DNA of 64,000 nucleotides from an uncultured archaeon (lineage in GTDB: Archaea; Asgardarchaeota; Thorarchaeia; Thorarchaeales; Thorarchaeaceae), in the NCBI GenBank assembly GCA_964558645.1, contig CAZLEV010000004.1:171442-235441 (forward strand), in the 5' to 3' direction. Shown here piece after piece: positions 29,070-39,074 of this stretch; the first letter of the stretch is position 1, and each line of letters opens with the position of its first letter. The position numbers were made by a program, and so were the translations under genes. The notes under the pieces were generated by a model. That model made no database searches. It saw only the letters and a list, made by a program, of their open reading frames with translations, and was not told the DNA's origin.

Positions 29070-30005
29070 ATGTTTGATGTGACCTTTCTTGGTACGGGTG
29101 GTTCAATCCCCACAGAAGGACGCAATCTGCCCGCAATCGCAGTTCAACACGAAGGGTGGGTCCTGCTTTTGGATGCTGGGGAGGATGTTCAGCGTCAGCT
29201 AGAGAGAGCGAACATCGGTCTTAACAAGCCAATGCGTGTCTTCATCAGCCATATCCATGCAGACCATCTAATCGGACTGCCAGGCCTATTGCTGCGTTTC
29301 TCCCTGTTAGGAAGGGAAAAGCCTCTCGAGATTTTTGGTCCTCCTGACTTGGTTGAATACATCAAAGTGAACCAGAAGACGATACACCTAGGAACAACCT
29401 TTGAGACCACCGTCTATGGTGTGGAGAGCGGAGTCCTCTTTGAAGATGATGGGTTGTCTGTGAGAGCATTTGAGGTGAGTCACCGTGGAAAGGCATTTGG
29501 ATTCGAGGTCACATACCAGCGAATGACGGGAACATTCTTACCAGACCGGGCCAGAGAACTTGGAGTCCCAGAGGGCCCACTGTGGAAATCGCTCTCTGAC
29601 GGAATGACCATAGAACTCGATGACGGAATGACAGTCAGTCCTGAACAGGTGACGGAAGCGAAACCGCCCCCTATCAAGATAGTCTACTCTGGAGATACAC
29701 GACCTTGCGACAGTCTTACAGAGGCCGCTCAGAATGCGAATCTGCTGATATGTGAGGCCATGTATGCAGAAGAACACAGAGATCTAGCGGTTGAGAGAGG
29801 TCATACCACAGCAGTCCAGGCCGCGGAGATTGCTCGAGATGCAAATGTGCGGCTTCTCGCACTAACCCACTATAGTCCCAGATATGAAGCTGAAGGGGGA
29901 GAGCAGATTCTACGAGAAGCGAGAGAAGTATTCAGCAACAGTATTCTTGCACGAGACTTGATGCAGATCAGTGTCGGCCAGGACGAAACAAGAGTGAAGG
30001 ACTGA
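29070..30005 (+). CDS. rnz: Ribonuclease Z
   Basis: FLGTGGSIP, DAGE, SHIHADHLIGLPG, exosite GVPEGPLW, YSGDTRP, HTT, THYSPRY. Confidence 0.95.
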   Translation: MFDVTFLGTGGSIPTEGRNLPAIAVQHEGWVLLLDAGEDVQRQLERANIGLNKPMRVFISHIHADHLIGLPGLLLRFSLLGREKPLEIFGPPDLVEYIKVNQKTIHLGTTFETTVYGVESGVLFEDDGLSVRAFEVSHRGKAFGFEVTYQRMTGTFLPDRARELGVPEGPLWKSLSDGMTIELDDGMTVSPEQVTEAKPPPIKIVYSGDTRPCDSLTEAAQNANLLICEAMYAEEHRDLAVERGHTTAVQAAEIARDANVRLLALTHYSPRYEAEGGEQILREAREVFSNSILARDLMQISVGQDETRVKD

Positions 30006-30012
30006 AGACCTG

Positions 30013-31221
30013 CTATATGTTCAGTCCTAGGCGAACAGCCTTGAGAGGGTGGCGTGTGAGGAGGCGTTTGGCAATTGACACTCGCATCTTCTTGTATGGT
30101 CGGGACCCTGTAACAAGATCCATCATCAGTTCTCTCAAGATTGCATCCTCTGCCGCCATCTCGAAAACAAGCTCAGATGTTCTCTCTGACTTGAAGAGTA
30201 AGTCGGCAATGAGATCTGCTGTTTGAAGCTCAGGCAGGAGTTTCCTCTGAAGCTGTATGTCGTACTCCTTGATGTGAAGCGGGGATTTCCGTTTAGCGGC
30301 CTCTTCGATGATGTCAGCTGCAATCTTGGCGGAATACATGGCGTAATAGATTCCCTCACCTGTTATCGGAGAGGCCAGCCCTGCAGCATCGCCCACCAAC
30401 AAAGTTCTCCGCCCTGTAAATCGCGAACCTGTTCTACCTACAGGTACCCGGAATGAAGCCTTTCTGATAAAGTCCAGATGGATACCTTTCTCTTTTCTGA
30501 CCTTCTCAGTGAAGATTCCCCACTCACTCCGAATGTCCCCCATGAGATCCATTCGGCATCCTATTCCAATGCTGAGTTCGTTGCGTTTGGGAAAGACCCA
30601 CCCATAACCTCTATGTTGGATGCCGAAGTAGAGGTCCATGGCAGGTTCGCCAGCATCATCTCGAACTGCCATGATTCGCTCTACCTCCTCAGAATCCATC
30701 CGCACATCACCTGAGATGCAAAAGGCGATCTTCTCGGGAGGCCATTCCCAGCGAATACCAATCTCTCGGGCAACGATGCCGTCGACCCCGTCTGCGCCCA
30801 CCAAGAGCTTCCCTTTGAAGGAATCCCCCGGACATAACACTCTGACGCCGCCGCGCATCTTCTCAACTGCAACAGCACGCATATTCTCAGCCACGTCAAC
30901 ACCTGCATCACGTGCTTGTTCAACTAGAAACCTATCAAAATCGGCCCGTTTCACCATCTGGCCGACGAGGTCATCTCTGCGACACACAACTCTCCGACCC
31001 GAGGGCGAGTGGATGACGGCTGTGCGTAGCACACGATCCACAACGGGAGAAGCATCGAAGTCTATGAGATCCAGAACGCGGGGGCTCAATGCTCCGCCGC
31101 AGGGTTTGCTACGTGGATGAGTATGCTTCTCAAGCATCACGACGTCAAGTCCGACCTGTGCAAGACGCCGCGCGCAAGTTGCGCCTGCGGGTCCGCTGCC
31201 AACAACAATAACGTCATACAT
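30013..31221 (-). CDS. Geranylgeranyl reductase family flavoprotein
   Basis: VVGSGPAG, KPCGG, GADG, GYGWVFPK, VGDAAG...PITGEGIYYA. Confidence 0.92.
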   Translation of the reverse strand: MYDVIVVGSGPAGATCARRLAQVGLDVVMLEKHTHPRSKPCGGALSPRVLDLIDFDASPVVDRVLRTAVIHSPSGRRVVCRRDDLVGQMVKRADFDRFLVEQARDAGVDVAENMRAVAVEKMRGGVRVLCPGDSFKGKLLVGADGVDGIVAREIGIRWEWPPEKIAFCISGDVRMDSEEVERIMAVRDDAGEPAMDLYFGIQHRGYGWVFPKRNELSIGIGCRMDLMGDIRSEWGIFTEKVRKEKGIHLDFIRKASFRVPVGRTGSRFTGRRTLLVGDAAGLASPITGEGIYYAMYSAKIAADIIEEAAKRKSPLHIKEYDIQLQRKLLPELQTADLIADLLFKSERTSELVFEMAAEDAILRELMMDLVTGSRPYKKMRVSIAKRLLTRHPLKAVRLGLNI

Positions 31222-31296
31222 TGAGTCTCACCCAGTGATAGAAACTAATCACAATATCAATAAATCCTGCCATCTTAGGCTCGTACGGGTGCTATC

Positions 31297-32334
31297 ATGT
31301 CAGAAGAGGCCGAAGTATGTCTGATAACCACAGGGGGCACCATAGCGAGTGTCTATGACCCCGAAACACAGGGGCTAAGGCCAAGACTCTCAGTCAATGC
31401 ACTTCTTGAGAGTCTACCACGACGATCGGGCAGGGTGAAAGTGGTGAAGAGAGAATTACTTCAGCTCGATTCTGCCAATGCACAACCGCACCACTGGCAG
31501 GAGATTGCGGGTGCAATCAAGACTGTTCACGACGAGATGCCTGACATTGATGGCGTTGTCATCACTCATGGAACAGACACTATGGTGTATTCTGCGTCTG
31601 CCGTTAGCCTCATGATCCAAGACTTCGGTAAGCCGATAGTCTTCACCGGGTCTCAGATTCCAGCTGGAGTACCTTGGAGTGATGGTCCAAGGAACATGGT
31701 AGATGCATTTCGAGTCGCAGCTTTCGGGGACATTGGAGAAACATGTATTGTATTCAATGGTGAGATACATCGGCCAACGAGAACCAAGAAAGTAAGATCG
31801 AATGCATACGATGCCTTTGATTCCATGGACCCATCACCCCTTGGTGTGCTGGCACGGGACATTGTCTTATACGAAGGGCGAAAAAGACGCCATAACCTAG
31901 TGCCGAGGTTTGATACTCGAATCGATGAACGCGTGTTTCTACTCAAGGTCTTCCCAGGAATGCCTCCAAGTATTCTCTCCAAGATTGTTGATATGGGATA
32001 TCGTGGAATCATAGTAGAAGGCTTTGGGTCAGGAAACATACCTACAATGGAAAACTCAGTTGTCGGCGCCATCAGACAGGCGGTCAATCAGGGCTGTTAC
32101 GTCGTCATTTCATCCCAATGCGCTTTCGGACAGGCGGAACCATCAGTCTATGAGGTTGGAAGGGCTGCCATGGAGGCAGGAGCAATCAGCGCATATGATA
32201 TGACCTCAGAGGCTGCAGTGGTCAAATTGAGCTGGATTCTTGGTCACACTCATGATGAGGGCACAGTGAGGAAGATGATGGTCACTAGTCTCGTGGGAGA
32301 GATATCTCCAAGTCTCACCTCAGAGAGCAATTAG
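31297..32334 (+). CDS. ansA: L-asparaginase type I
   Basis: TTGGTIAS, HGTDTM, TGSQ, SQC motifs; lacks the GatD N-terminal domain. Confidence 0.85.
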   Translation: MSEEAEVCLITTGGTIASVYDPETQGLRPRLSVNALLESLPRRSGRVKVVKRELLQLDSANAQPHHWQEIAGAIKTVHDEMPDIDGVVITHGTDTMVYSASAVSLMIQDFGKPIVFTGSQIPAGVPWSDGPRNMVDAFRVAAFGDIGETCIVFNGEIHRPTRTKKVRSNAYDAFDSMDPSPLGVLARDIVLYEGRKRRHNLVPRFDTRIDERVFLLKVFPGMPPSILSKIVDMGYRGIIVEGFGSGNIPTMENSVVGAIRQAVNQGCYVVISSQCAFGQAEPSVYEVGRAAMEAGAISAYDMTSEAAVVKLSWILGHTHDEGTVRKMMVTSLVGEISPSLTSESN

Positions 32335-32407
32335 GATGACCAATGCTGTGTGTGAATCACCATCGTTCGTCCCTCCTTCCGCCCTAGACCTGAGTAAGAG
32401 CAAAACA

Positions 32408-32515
32408 TGGCGCCCGGAGTGAGATTCGAACTCACGCGTCCGTCAAGGACAGCAGCTGCCTGTCGGACCAGTGGCCACTTCCAGGCTGCCGCCGTAACCG
32501 CTTGGCTATCCGGGC
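32408..32515 (-). tRNA. tRNA-Ser(GGA) with 21-nt intron at 37/38 (32458..32478) and encoded CCA
   Basis: Acceptor stem GCCCGGA/TCCGGGC-G-CCA, anticodon stem GCAGC/GCTGC with CT-GGA-A, long variable arm, T-arm GTGAG-TTCGAAT-CTCAC. Confidence 0.93.
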
Positions 32516-32585
32516 TCGTTCCAAGAGGGACTGGTGGCTGCTTTTCATCTTTTCCATTCGGAGAGGATATCTATACTTGGAGAAA

Positions 32586-32984
32586 CTACATCCCTGCACA
32601 CCGCCTATCTGGTCTGAAAAACCCAAGGATGATGTGCTCATCCGTCTCTCGAAATTTGTAGACAAGATATCGTTGCACCTTGTTATCGATCTCCAACTGC
32701 AGGTGTCCCGTTTCTATGAACTGCCATAGGACCAATCGCGACTGTTTTCTAACCTGTTTGAATAGGCGAGGGGTGCTGTGTTCGTGAGAAGACAAGACTC
32801 CCCATCGTTCCCGGATGTACTGATTCGCCATGTCTTCGCTAGATATCAGGTTCCAATGGCCTCTTCTCTCAGAAGCCAGAATACGGTCCCTTAGTATCTT
32901 TCTTAGTCGCTTGCGAATACTCAGAGTTGAAGTACTAGGAGTCTTATTGTCCTTCGGCCGGTTGGTGTCGAGGTAGCGCGTCAT
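32586..32984 (-). CDS. Hypothetical protein, paralogue of 33285..33701
   Basis: LISSEDMANQYIRERW...LFKQVRK...YKF...IILGF aligns with its neighbour; ATG 32984 follows GGAG. Confidence 0.65.
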   Translation of the reverse strand: MTRYLDTNRPKDNKTPSTSTLSIRKRLRKILRDRILASERRGHWNLISSEDMANQYIRERWGVLSSHEHSTPRLFKQVRKQSRLVLWQFIETGHLQLEIDNKVQRYLVYKFRETDEHIILGFFRPDRRCAGM

Positions 32985-33284
32985 CACACAACTCCAGTTA
33001 GGCATTGGAACCGTTCCTTTTGAAGACCACATGGTTCGTTTCCGGAGAAGAAGTCCTTGGAACATGTGTTCCAAACCACGGTGATTTCTTTTTGTTAGAT
33101 AGCAAGAGATGGCTGATTTAAATCGCTCCAAGAGAGTGCAGGTCAGAGAAACAAGTAGCAGAATACGGCAACCATTCTCGATTCCGTCTGGATGCAAGGA
33201 CAGCGTTGACTGATTATGCCAAAGATGTGAAGCGTTGATCAGAATCTGAAACCAATGAAACATGTCGAAGATTGAAACAGAAGT

Positions 33285-33701
33285 CTAACTGAAACCGTAC
33301 TTGTACTCCTCTCCTTGAGGAATCTCCCTAAACGCCAGGATGATATTACCCCGCACATCGTCAAATTTGTGGATAAGAATCGTGTTGACGGTGTCTTCTC
33401 CCTCAATCTCTAGTCTTTCCTTGGCGAGGAGTACCTCAAACAGATGTCGTGTTCGTCGGCGTACAGCCGAGAAGAGGTTCTGGTATCGCTTTCGTTGCGA
33501 TGGGCGAATATCCCAACGATTCATGATGAAACGGTTCGCTAGCGCATTGCTGGAGATCAGAGTGGAGCGAGGTTCAGTCTGGGAAACAACTATGTTCTCT
33601 GCTAGCACTTCCTTTAGACAGTCAACAATGCCTGCTAGTTGTGACGGCGTGGGAATGGGCTCTTTCTTCAGTGATTTGCGGAGGGTCTTGTAGTCTGACA
33701 G
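33285..33701 (-). CDS. Hypothetical protein, paralogue of 32586..32984; probable CTG start
   Basis: LISSNALANRFIMNRW...LFSAVRR...HKF...IILAF; frame is open upstream of GTG 33608 to a CTG preceded by AGGAGAG. Confidence 0.6.
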   Translation of the reverse strand: MSDYKTLRKSLKKEPIPTPSQLAGIVDCLKEVLAENIVVSQTEPRSTLISSNALANRFIMNRWDIRPSQRKRYQNLFSAVRRRTRHLFEVLLAKERLEIEGEDTVNTILIHKFDDVRGNIILAFREIPQGEEYKYGFS

Positions 33702-33837
33702 AATACTCTCTCCTACTACTTGTTCTGTAGCAACCTAAAAAAGGCCTCTCACCATGGAGGTTGCTTGATGACAATCATTATAAGGTGTCTCAAAAAAGCC
33801 AGCAAGCCTCAAGCCAGTCTGAATGAGGTAATATACC

Positions 33838-34320
33838 ATGTCCGAGCAAGAGTACAACCACATAGTTAGAGTCGCCGGACGCGACATAGACGGCCAAGAG
33901 AATCTGATTCAGGGTCTCTCCCGAATAAAGGGAGTGGGTCTTAGGATGTCCAAGACCGTTGTCAGCCAATTGGGTCTAGACCCAAGGTCAAGGCTTGGAT
34001 ACCTTAATGATAAGACGATTGAGAAGATAGAAGATATGCTCGGCAATCCGGTGGAAAGCGGTTTCCCATCCTGGCAGCTGAATCGTCAGCGTGATCGGCG
34101 AAGCGGAAGAATGATACATCTGACTGGCGCAGATCTAGAATTCACTCACCAGAATGATATTGAGAGGCTTAAACGCATTCGGGCATGGCGCGGAATACGA
34201 CACTCATTGGGCCTGAAGGTCAGAGGACAGCATACAAGAACCACAGGCCGCTCAGGAATGTCAGTGGGTGTATCCAGAAAGAAACTGGTTCAGAAGGCCA
34301 GAGCTGAGAGGGAGGAGTAG
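33838..34320 (+). CDS. rps13: 30S ribosomal protein uS13
   Basis: IKGVG, WRGIRHSLGLKVRGQHTRTTGR. Confidence 0.97.
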   Translation: MSEQEYNHIVRVAGRDIDGQENLIQGLSRIKGVGLRMSKTVVSQLGLDPRSRLGYLNDKTIEKIEDMLGNPVESGFPSWQLNRQRDRRSGRMIHLTGADLEFTHQNDIERLKRIRAWRGIRHSLGLKVRGQHTRTTGRSGMSVGVSRKKLVQKARAEREE

Positions 34321-34323
34321 TCT

Positions 34324-34887
34324 ATGGGCGATCCACGTCGACAGAAAAAGAAGTATATGACTCCAAAGCGTCCCTTCGAGACCGAGAGATTTGAGCAGGA
34401 ACTCAAGCTCATAGGAACCTACGGTCTCAGAAACAAGAGAGAGCTTTGGAAGCATAGAACCGAATTGTCAAACTTCAGACGGCAGGCACGTAATCTGCTG
34501 GCAATTCCTCCAGAAGAGCGATCTCTCGAGGAGAAAGAGCTTATTGCTAAGCTTGCACGCTTGGGTATTCTGGAACAGAATGCAACGCTTGATGACGTTC
34601 TTGATCTCGAACTGCCAGAATTGCTCGAACGGAGGTTCCAGAGCGTCGTTTTCCGAAAAGGTCTTGCAAGCTCAGTATATCATGCGCGACAACTCGTTAC
34701 CCATGGTCATATAGCCCTTGACCGCGCTAAGGTCTATACACCGAGTCGAATTATAACCGTTGGAGAGGAGGACAGGATTGATTATCATCACAAGTCACCT
34801 CTAAACGACGAAACTCATCCGGCCCGCATAGCTGCTTCCGATGCCGCACAGCGGATGATTGGGGAGGAGGAGGTTCAAGAGCAATGA
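34324..34887 (+). CDS. rps4: 30S ribosomal protein uS4
   Basis: [37 protein letters not shown]. Confidence 0.97.
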   Translation: MGDPRRQKKKYMTPKRPFETERFEQELKLIGTYGLRNKRELWKHRTELSNFRRQARNLLAIPPEERSLEEKELIAKLARLGILEQNATLDDVLDLELPELLERRFQSVVFRKGLASSVYHARQLVTHGHIALDRAKVYTPSRIITVGEEDRIDYHHKSPLNDETHPARIAASDAAQRMIGEEEVQEQ

Positions 34888-35282
34888 GTCACGACGAGAG
34901 AGACAAATGGGCCGTTGCACATGTCTATGCTAGCTACAATGACACCATAGTTCATATCACAGATGTGACCGGAGCAGAAACCATCGCGCGATACTCCGGG
35001 GGTATGATGGTCAAGGCTGACAGAAATGAGTCCTCCCCCCACGCGGCGATGCAAGCGGCTTTTCAGGCTGCACGAGAGGCCAAGGATAAAGGGGTCTATG
35101 GAATTCACATTCGAGTGCGAGCACCTGGAGGACATGGCCCAAAAACACCAGGACCGGGGGCTCAAGCAGCAATACGAGCTCTAAGTCGAGCAGGATTGAG
35201 GATTGGGATTATCGACGAGGTCACCCCCATACCGCATGACGGCACGAGAAAGCCCGGCGGACGACGTGGTCGAAGAGTCTAG
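34884..35282 (+). CDS. rps11: 30S ribosomal protein uS11
   Basis: [42 protein letters not shown]. Confidence 0.97.
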   Translation: MSHDERDKWAVAHVYASYNDTIVHITDVTGAETIARYSGGMMVKADRNESSPHAAMQAAFQAAREAKDKGVYGIHIRVRAPGGHGPKTPGPGAQAAIRALSRAGLRIGIIDEVTPIPHDGTRKPGGRRGRRV

Positions 35283-35319
35283 TTGCCGGCTTGAGCATTA
35301 GGTCTAGTCCATATCGCAA

Positions 35320-36660
35320 TCATGGGACATGCCACTGTTTGATCAGTTTAGATGGTCTACCGATGTCAGTCCTCGGCTGACGGCCGAGAGGCCTTGTTAG
35401 ATGTCTTTGCGCGCATGCAGGAGGTAGATAGAGACCTGTGTTGATTTCCCGAGGAAGAATGCTCTTCACCCGCTTGGCATCTGGGGCACGCAAGCCACAG
35501 TTTGAGCATTTGTATCCCTTCTTTCTCCCAGCACTCTTCATCCGTTTTCCGCAATCGGGACAGGTTGGATTCGCCTCTTCAACATGCTCTGCGAGTTGTA
35601 CAATCATCATTCCCTCCACATTCAGTGTCAGTTCGTGTTGTCGAGATGCCGGCCTCACACCGGCGTGCAACTCGACCAGATCGCCCGGGATGAGTTTCTG
35701 CACAATCTCTCGAAACTCTCTAGTAGGCTCATAGGCCGCACAATCAACCGAACCGGATTCGTCCTCTATCTCGAAGATAACGTGTCCGCCTACTATCATT
35801 CGCGGATCCTTCGAGACTTTGCCGCGCACCCTAGCCGAAAGGTACGGCCGCAATTTGTTAATCTTTAGGAGATTCGATAGGTGAGCGTCTGTTCCCTGAT
35901 TCGTCCGAAATATGGTCCATCTCTCAACAGCCTGCTCTGAATCTATCATAGATGCTGCTTCCTTCACATCTTCAGCTTCGTTTCCACGGATACCGAACAA
36001 TACTGGATCTGGCCCATTTGGCTGTATGAGAATCTGTCCAGTTCCTTCATCTACATTGGCAAAGGTCTTGTCGCCCATCTTTCTATTCATCTCTGCAACC
36101 GAAACAGGATCGACTCCGCGCTCTTCATCATTCAGTTCAGTGCTCCGGTAGGCGATATACTCATACGTGTAATCATCGTCTAGGACGTTGCCGATGGCAG
36201 ACACTGCGCCAATGAGACCTCTCCCGTTTCCGGACGCGATATGGGGAATATCATTCTCTATGAGCATCGTGCGTACATTTCCCAGTGGTTGGACACGCCA
36301 CAACGCCTTCTCGCCGAACTCACGTATCTCTTCCGTGGGTCTTCCAAGGACCAAGACCACTCCAGGATTTGTATTGCGATAGCCGCGCTCTACATAGGAG
36401 GGAAATATCTCCCGTACAATCTCAAGCACATTTTTCGCGTATTCCTCATCGCTCTTGAATCTCAGTGCGACAGCACCGTTACCGCGAGTTCTATACGGAA
36501 CGTTAGGATTCAAGCGTATGAGATTCGGGTAATCAAGCCATTTGACACCGTCTGCGGAAAGCTTCTCGACAAGCAGGCTGGCAAAGTGGGTCGTACATCC
36601 TCCTCGTGGGCTATCTATGTCATCAAGTCCGAGATGCGCTTCAATGGCCATTCTTCTCAC
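35320..36660 (-). CDS. tiaS: tRNA(Ile2) agmatinylcytidine synthase
   Basis: GLDDIDS..GGCTTH, RLNPNVPYRTRGNG, TNQGTD, CAAYEPT, C-terminal Zn ribbon, RHLTRP. Confidence 0.95.
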   Translation of the reverse strand: MRRMAIEAHLGLDDIDSPRGGCTTHFASLLVEKLSADGVKWLDYPNLIRLNPNVPYRTRGNGAVALRFKSDEEYAKNVLEIVREIFPSYVERGYRNTNPGVVLVLGRPTEEIREFGEKALWRVQPLGNVRTMLIENDIPHIASGNGRGLIGAVSAIGNVLDDDYTYEYIAYRSTELNDEERGVDPVSVAEMNRKMGDKTFANVDEGTGQILIQPNGPDPVLFGIRGNEAEDVKEAASMIDSEQAVERWTIFRTNQGTDAHLSNLLKINKLRPYLSARVRGKVSKDPRMIVGGHVIFEIEDESGSVDCAAYEPTREFREIVQKLIPGDLVELHAGVRPASRQHELTLNVEGMMIVQLAEHVEEANPTCPDCGKRMKSAGRKKGYKCSNCGLRAPDAKRVKSILPREINTGLYLPPACAQRHLTRPLGRQPRTDIGRPSKLIKQWHVP

Positions 36661-36753
36661 GCAAGATGAGTAGAAGAGAAGGTGGTAATAATACCATTGT
36701 TGTACGAGGTAGACGGCAATCAGAGAGAAAGAATGACTGCCAACCCGATATCA

Positions 36754-37032
36754 TCAGGGTTTAGCCTGTTGTTTCAAGCATACTTCACATACAGTAGCTG
36801 CATCAACCCGTTCACCGTGATCCTCGCATACGAGTTGACCACATGTGTCACAGGCACGAGATGAGTGGTATTCCTCGCATATACGGCATCGCGTTTCCAT
36901 ACAGATAATGCATATCATATCGCCCGAAATCCAGCACTGGCTGCAAACGGGTGCCCTGCACATGTGGCAGAGATTCAGCTCATCCACTGGTTCGCCACAT
37001 ATCTCGCACGCATCTTCTGGGTCGCCAGCCAT
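36754..37032 (-). CDS. Small tandem zinc-finger protein
   Basis: Eight CxxC/CxxH pairs in 92 aa arranged as two similar halves. Confidence 0.7.
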   Translation of the reverse strand: MAGDPEDACEICGEPVDELNLCHMCRAPVCSQCWISGDMICIICMETRCRICEEYHSSRACDTCGQLVCEDHGERVDAATVCEVCLKQQAKP

Positions 37033-37093
37033 ATCGAGCACAACCAATCGGGGAAAAAGGGAATGTTGAAATCTCTTCCGAAAGCTCAATGAG

Positions 37094-37627
37094 ATGTATA
37101 TGGCGAAAGCACAGAGAATCCGGGTAATCATCTATCATGCTGAACAGTGTGATCCCAAGAAATGCACAGGGCTGCGGCTTGCTCGGATGGGTAAGGCCGA
37201 AATCGTACATTCCACTGGGAAGATCCCCTACAAGGGTGTTGTCTTGAATCCGGTATCGGAGAGAGCTCTCTCAAGAGAAGACTCTGTTGATGCGGTCAAA
37301 TCGGGAGTTGTCGCACTGGACTGCTCGTGGAAAAGGGCTGAAAAGGTATTTGCCCAAGTGTGGAGCACACGACAAAGGGCTCTACCGTATCTCGTTGCAG
37401 CCAACCCAGTCAATACATACAAGCCAATCAAACTATCAACTGCCGAGGCTTTGGCTGCGGCCCTCTATATCATGGGCTTCAAGAAGCAAGCAGAGGAACT
37501 CATGTCGGTCTTTAAGTGGGGACCGACATTCCTCACTCTGAACAAAGAACCTCTTCAAGCCTATTCGGAGTGTGAAGATAGCACTCAAGTGGTTCAGGTC
37601 CAGAAGGAGTTCATGAACGATTTCTGA
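37094..37627 (+). CDS. tsr3: SSU rRNA aminocarboxypropyltransferase Tsr3
   Basis: QCDPKKCTG, LDCSW, RALPYLVAANPVN, LSTAEALAAAL, FKWGPTFL. Confidence 0.95.
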   Translation: MYMAKAQRIRVIIYHAEQCDPKKCTGLRLARMGKAEIVHSTGKIPYKGVVLNPVSERALSREDSVDAVKSGVVALDCSWKRAEKVFAQVWSTRQRALPYLVAANPVNTYKPIKLSTAEALAAALYIMGFKKQAEELMSVFKWGPTFLTLNKEPLQAYSECEDSTQVVQVQKEFMNDF

Positions 37628-37634
37628 AAGGGGA

Positions 37635-37987
37635 TTGGCCCTGGTCCGAAGAATAGCCCCAATTCTGTTCCGTTCAGGCATGTTGCCACGCGAGAACCTT
37701 GCAACATCAGACTAAGCCTCCTACCCTACACCTCGGGTCGGCACGTCAACGATGTATTCTTGGAGTTGCTACACGGTGATGGGTCGTTTCAACCGGACCA
37801 AGACACTTCTCAGCGGATTCATCTTCCGCATCATTGTCATCTGTGGCTTGGAGGTGTCGTTTCTGTTCCCAGAGCGAGGCTCTCACCTCCCTGCTTGCAC
37901 AGGACCGGCACCGACTGTAGTTGGGAGCTTCCTCAGCTCTCATCAGAGTGATGAGTACCGTCAGTTGCGCTTTCGCTCCAGGGCCAA
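37635..37987 (-). ncRNA. rnpB: RNase P RNA
   Basis: Terminal P1 helix TTGGCCCTGG/CCAGGGCCAA; conserved regions GAGGAAGCTCC, ACAGAAAC, TGAAAC and AACAGAA...GGCTA in the expected order; about 353 nt. Confidence 0.88.
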
Positions 37988-38040
37988 GTGTTATTTCCCC
38001 TACTAGTAAATCAATATTCGCTTTAGTACATGAGAGAGGA

Positions 38041-39042
38041 TTACTCTTTGGACTGCCACATTCTCGGGTATCGCCCTCGTTCCATCAAGACTCTGTCAGT
38101 CACAGCTACAATGCCGCTCTTAGATTTTGTAATGAGGTCGCTATTCATCTTGGCAGTAGAGATGCAGACAACCTCCCCCTTGAGCGTCCTGATGGCGACC
38201 AAGTCATCGGGCTGGATACCTGTACTAAGGCGCAGGACTCCATTGGCAGCCAAATCTGCACCGTGGCAGAGAGCGTCCACGGCGCTGTCCCTGATCACTA
38301 TTTCAGGCAGATGAGCTACAGCGCTCTCCACGGGAAGAACGACCTTCCGAATCTCCCCCTCGTCACCGTCCTCTTTCCAGAAGTGATATGCATCGGTGAG
38401 GTCGTGAAGCGTGCACAGACGCTCATCCTCACTGAATTTCCCAACGCGAGTCCTTCTGAGCTCGCGCATATGCCCACCGCTCCCCAACGCCTCGCCAATG
38501 TCGAAACATAGTTTTCGGATGTAGGTCCCGGCTTGACATCCTACCCGAAATAGTACAAGCCGTCCCTTGATCTCCAGGATCTCGTTGTAGTAAACCTCTC
38601 TCACTCGCAGAATTCTCTTCACAGACGACCTGAGAGGAGGCTTCTGATACAGCTTCCCCGTGAACTCCTCTATCACGCCTCGAATATCTTCTTCAGGAGT
38701 CTTCTTATGAAGTTCAAGGACACACACATATTCCTTTCCTGCAGGGAGTAGAGCCTGCATTGCCTTTGTCGCATCGCCTATGCCAACAGGAAGGATTCCC
38801 GTCACTGCAGGGTCGAGGGTTCCTGAATGGCCGGTCTTGTCCACATCCAGAATCCGTCCGACCCATGTGGCAATCTCATGACTGGTAGGTCCGGATGGTT
38901 TGTCTAGATTTATGACGCCGTTCTGCAATAATTGCTCAACAGGAATATCCCTAGGTGCATTGAATCCGTACTCCGTATTTGTGGTATCCTCAGCCCGTAT
39001 GATGACTTCTCTCTCTTTGTCAGCGGGGAGTAGATTCGGCAT
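38041..39042 (-). CDS. cbf5: H/ACA pseudouridine synthase Cbf5
   Basis: LDKPSGPTSHE, GHSGTLDP, QKPPLRSSVKR, GTYIRKLC, PUA domain. Confidence 0.97.
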   Translation of the reverse strand: MPNLLPADKEREVIIRAEDTTNTEYGFNAPRDIPVEQLLQNGVINLDKPSGPTSHEIATWVGRILDVDKTGHSGTLDPAVTGILPVGIGDATKAMQALLPAGKEYVCVLELHKKTPEEDIRGVIEEFTGKLYQKPPLRSSVKRILRVREVYYNEILEIKGRLVLFRVGCQAGTYIRKLCFDIGEALGSGGHMRELRRTRVGKFSEDERLCTLHDLTDAYHFWKEDGDEGEIRKVVLPVESAVAHLPEIVIRDSAVDALCHGADLAANGVLRLSTGIQPDDLVAIRTLKGEVVCISTAKMNSDLITKSKSGIVAVTDRVLMERGRYPRMWQSKE

Positions 39043-39074
39043 GATAGGAACACACTGCCTAGAAAGGGATAAGG

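Noticed and set aside
31297-32334. GatD (Glu-tRNA amidotransferase subunit)
   Set aside because: Only 345 aa, lacks the GatD N-terminal domain and has no adjacent gatE; plain type I asparaginase fits better
32335-33800. Integrated element at tRNA-Ser
   Set aside because: No integrase and no duplicated tRNA 3' end seen in the window
37746-38006. Three short ORFs in the track
   Set aside because: They overlap the RNase P RNA and lack protein-like features
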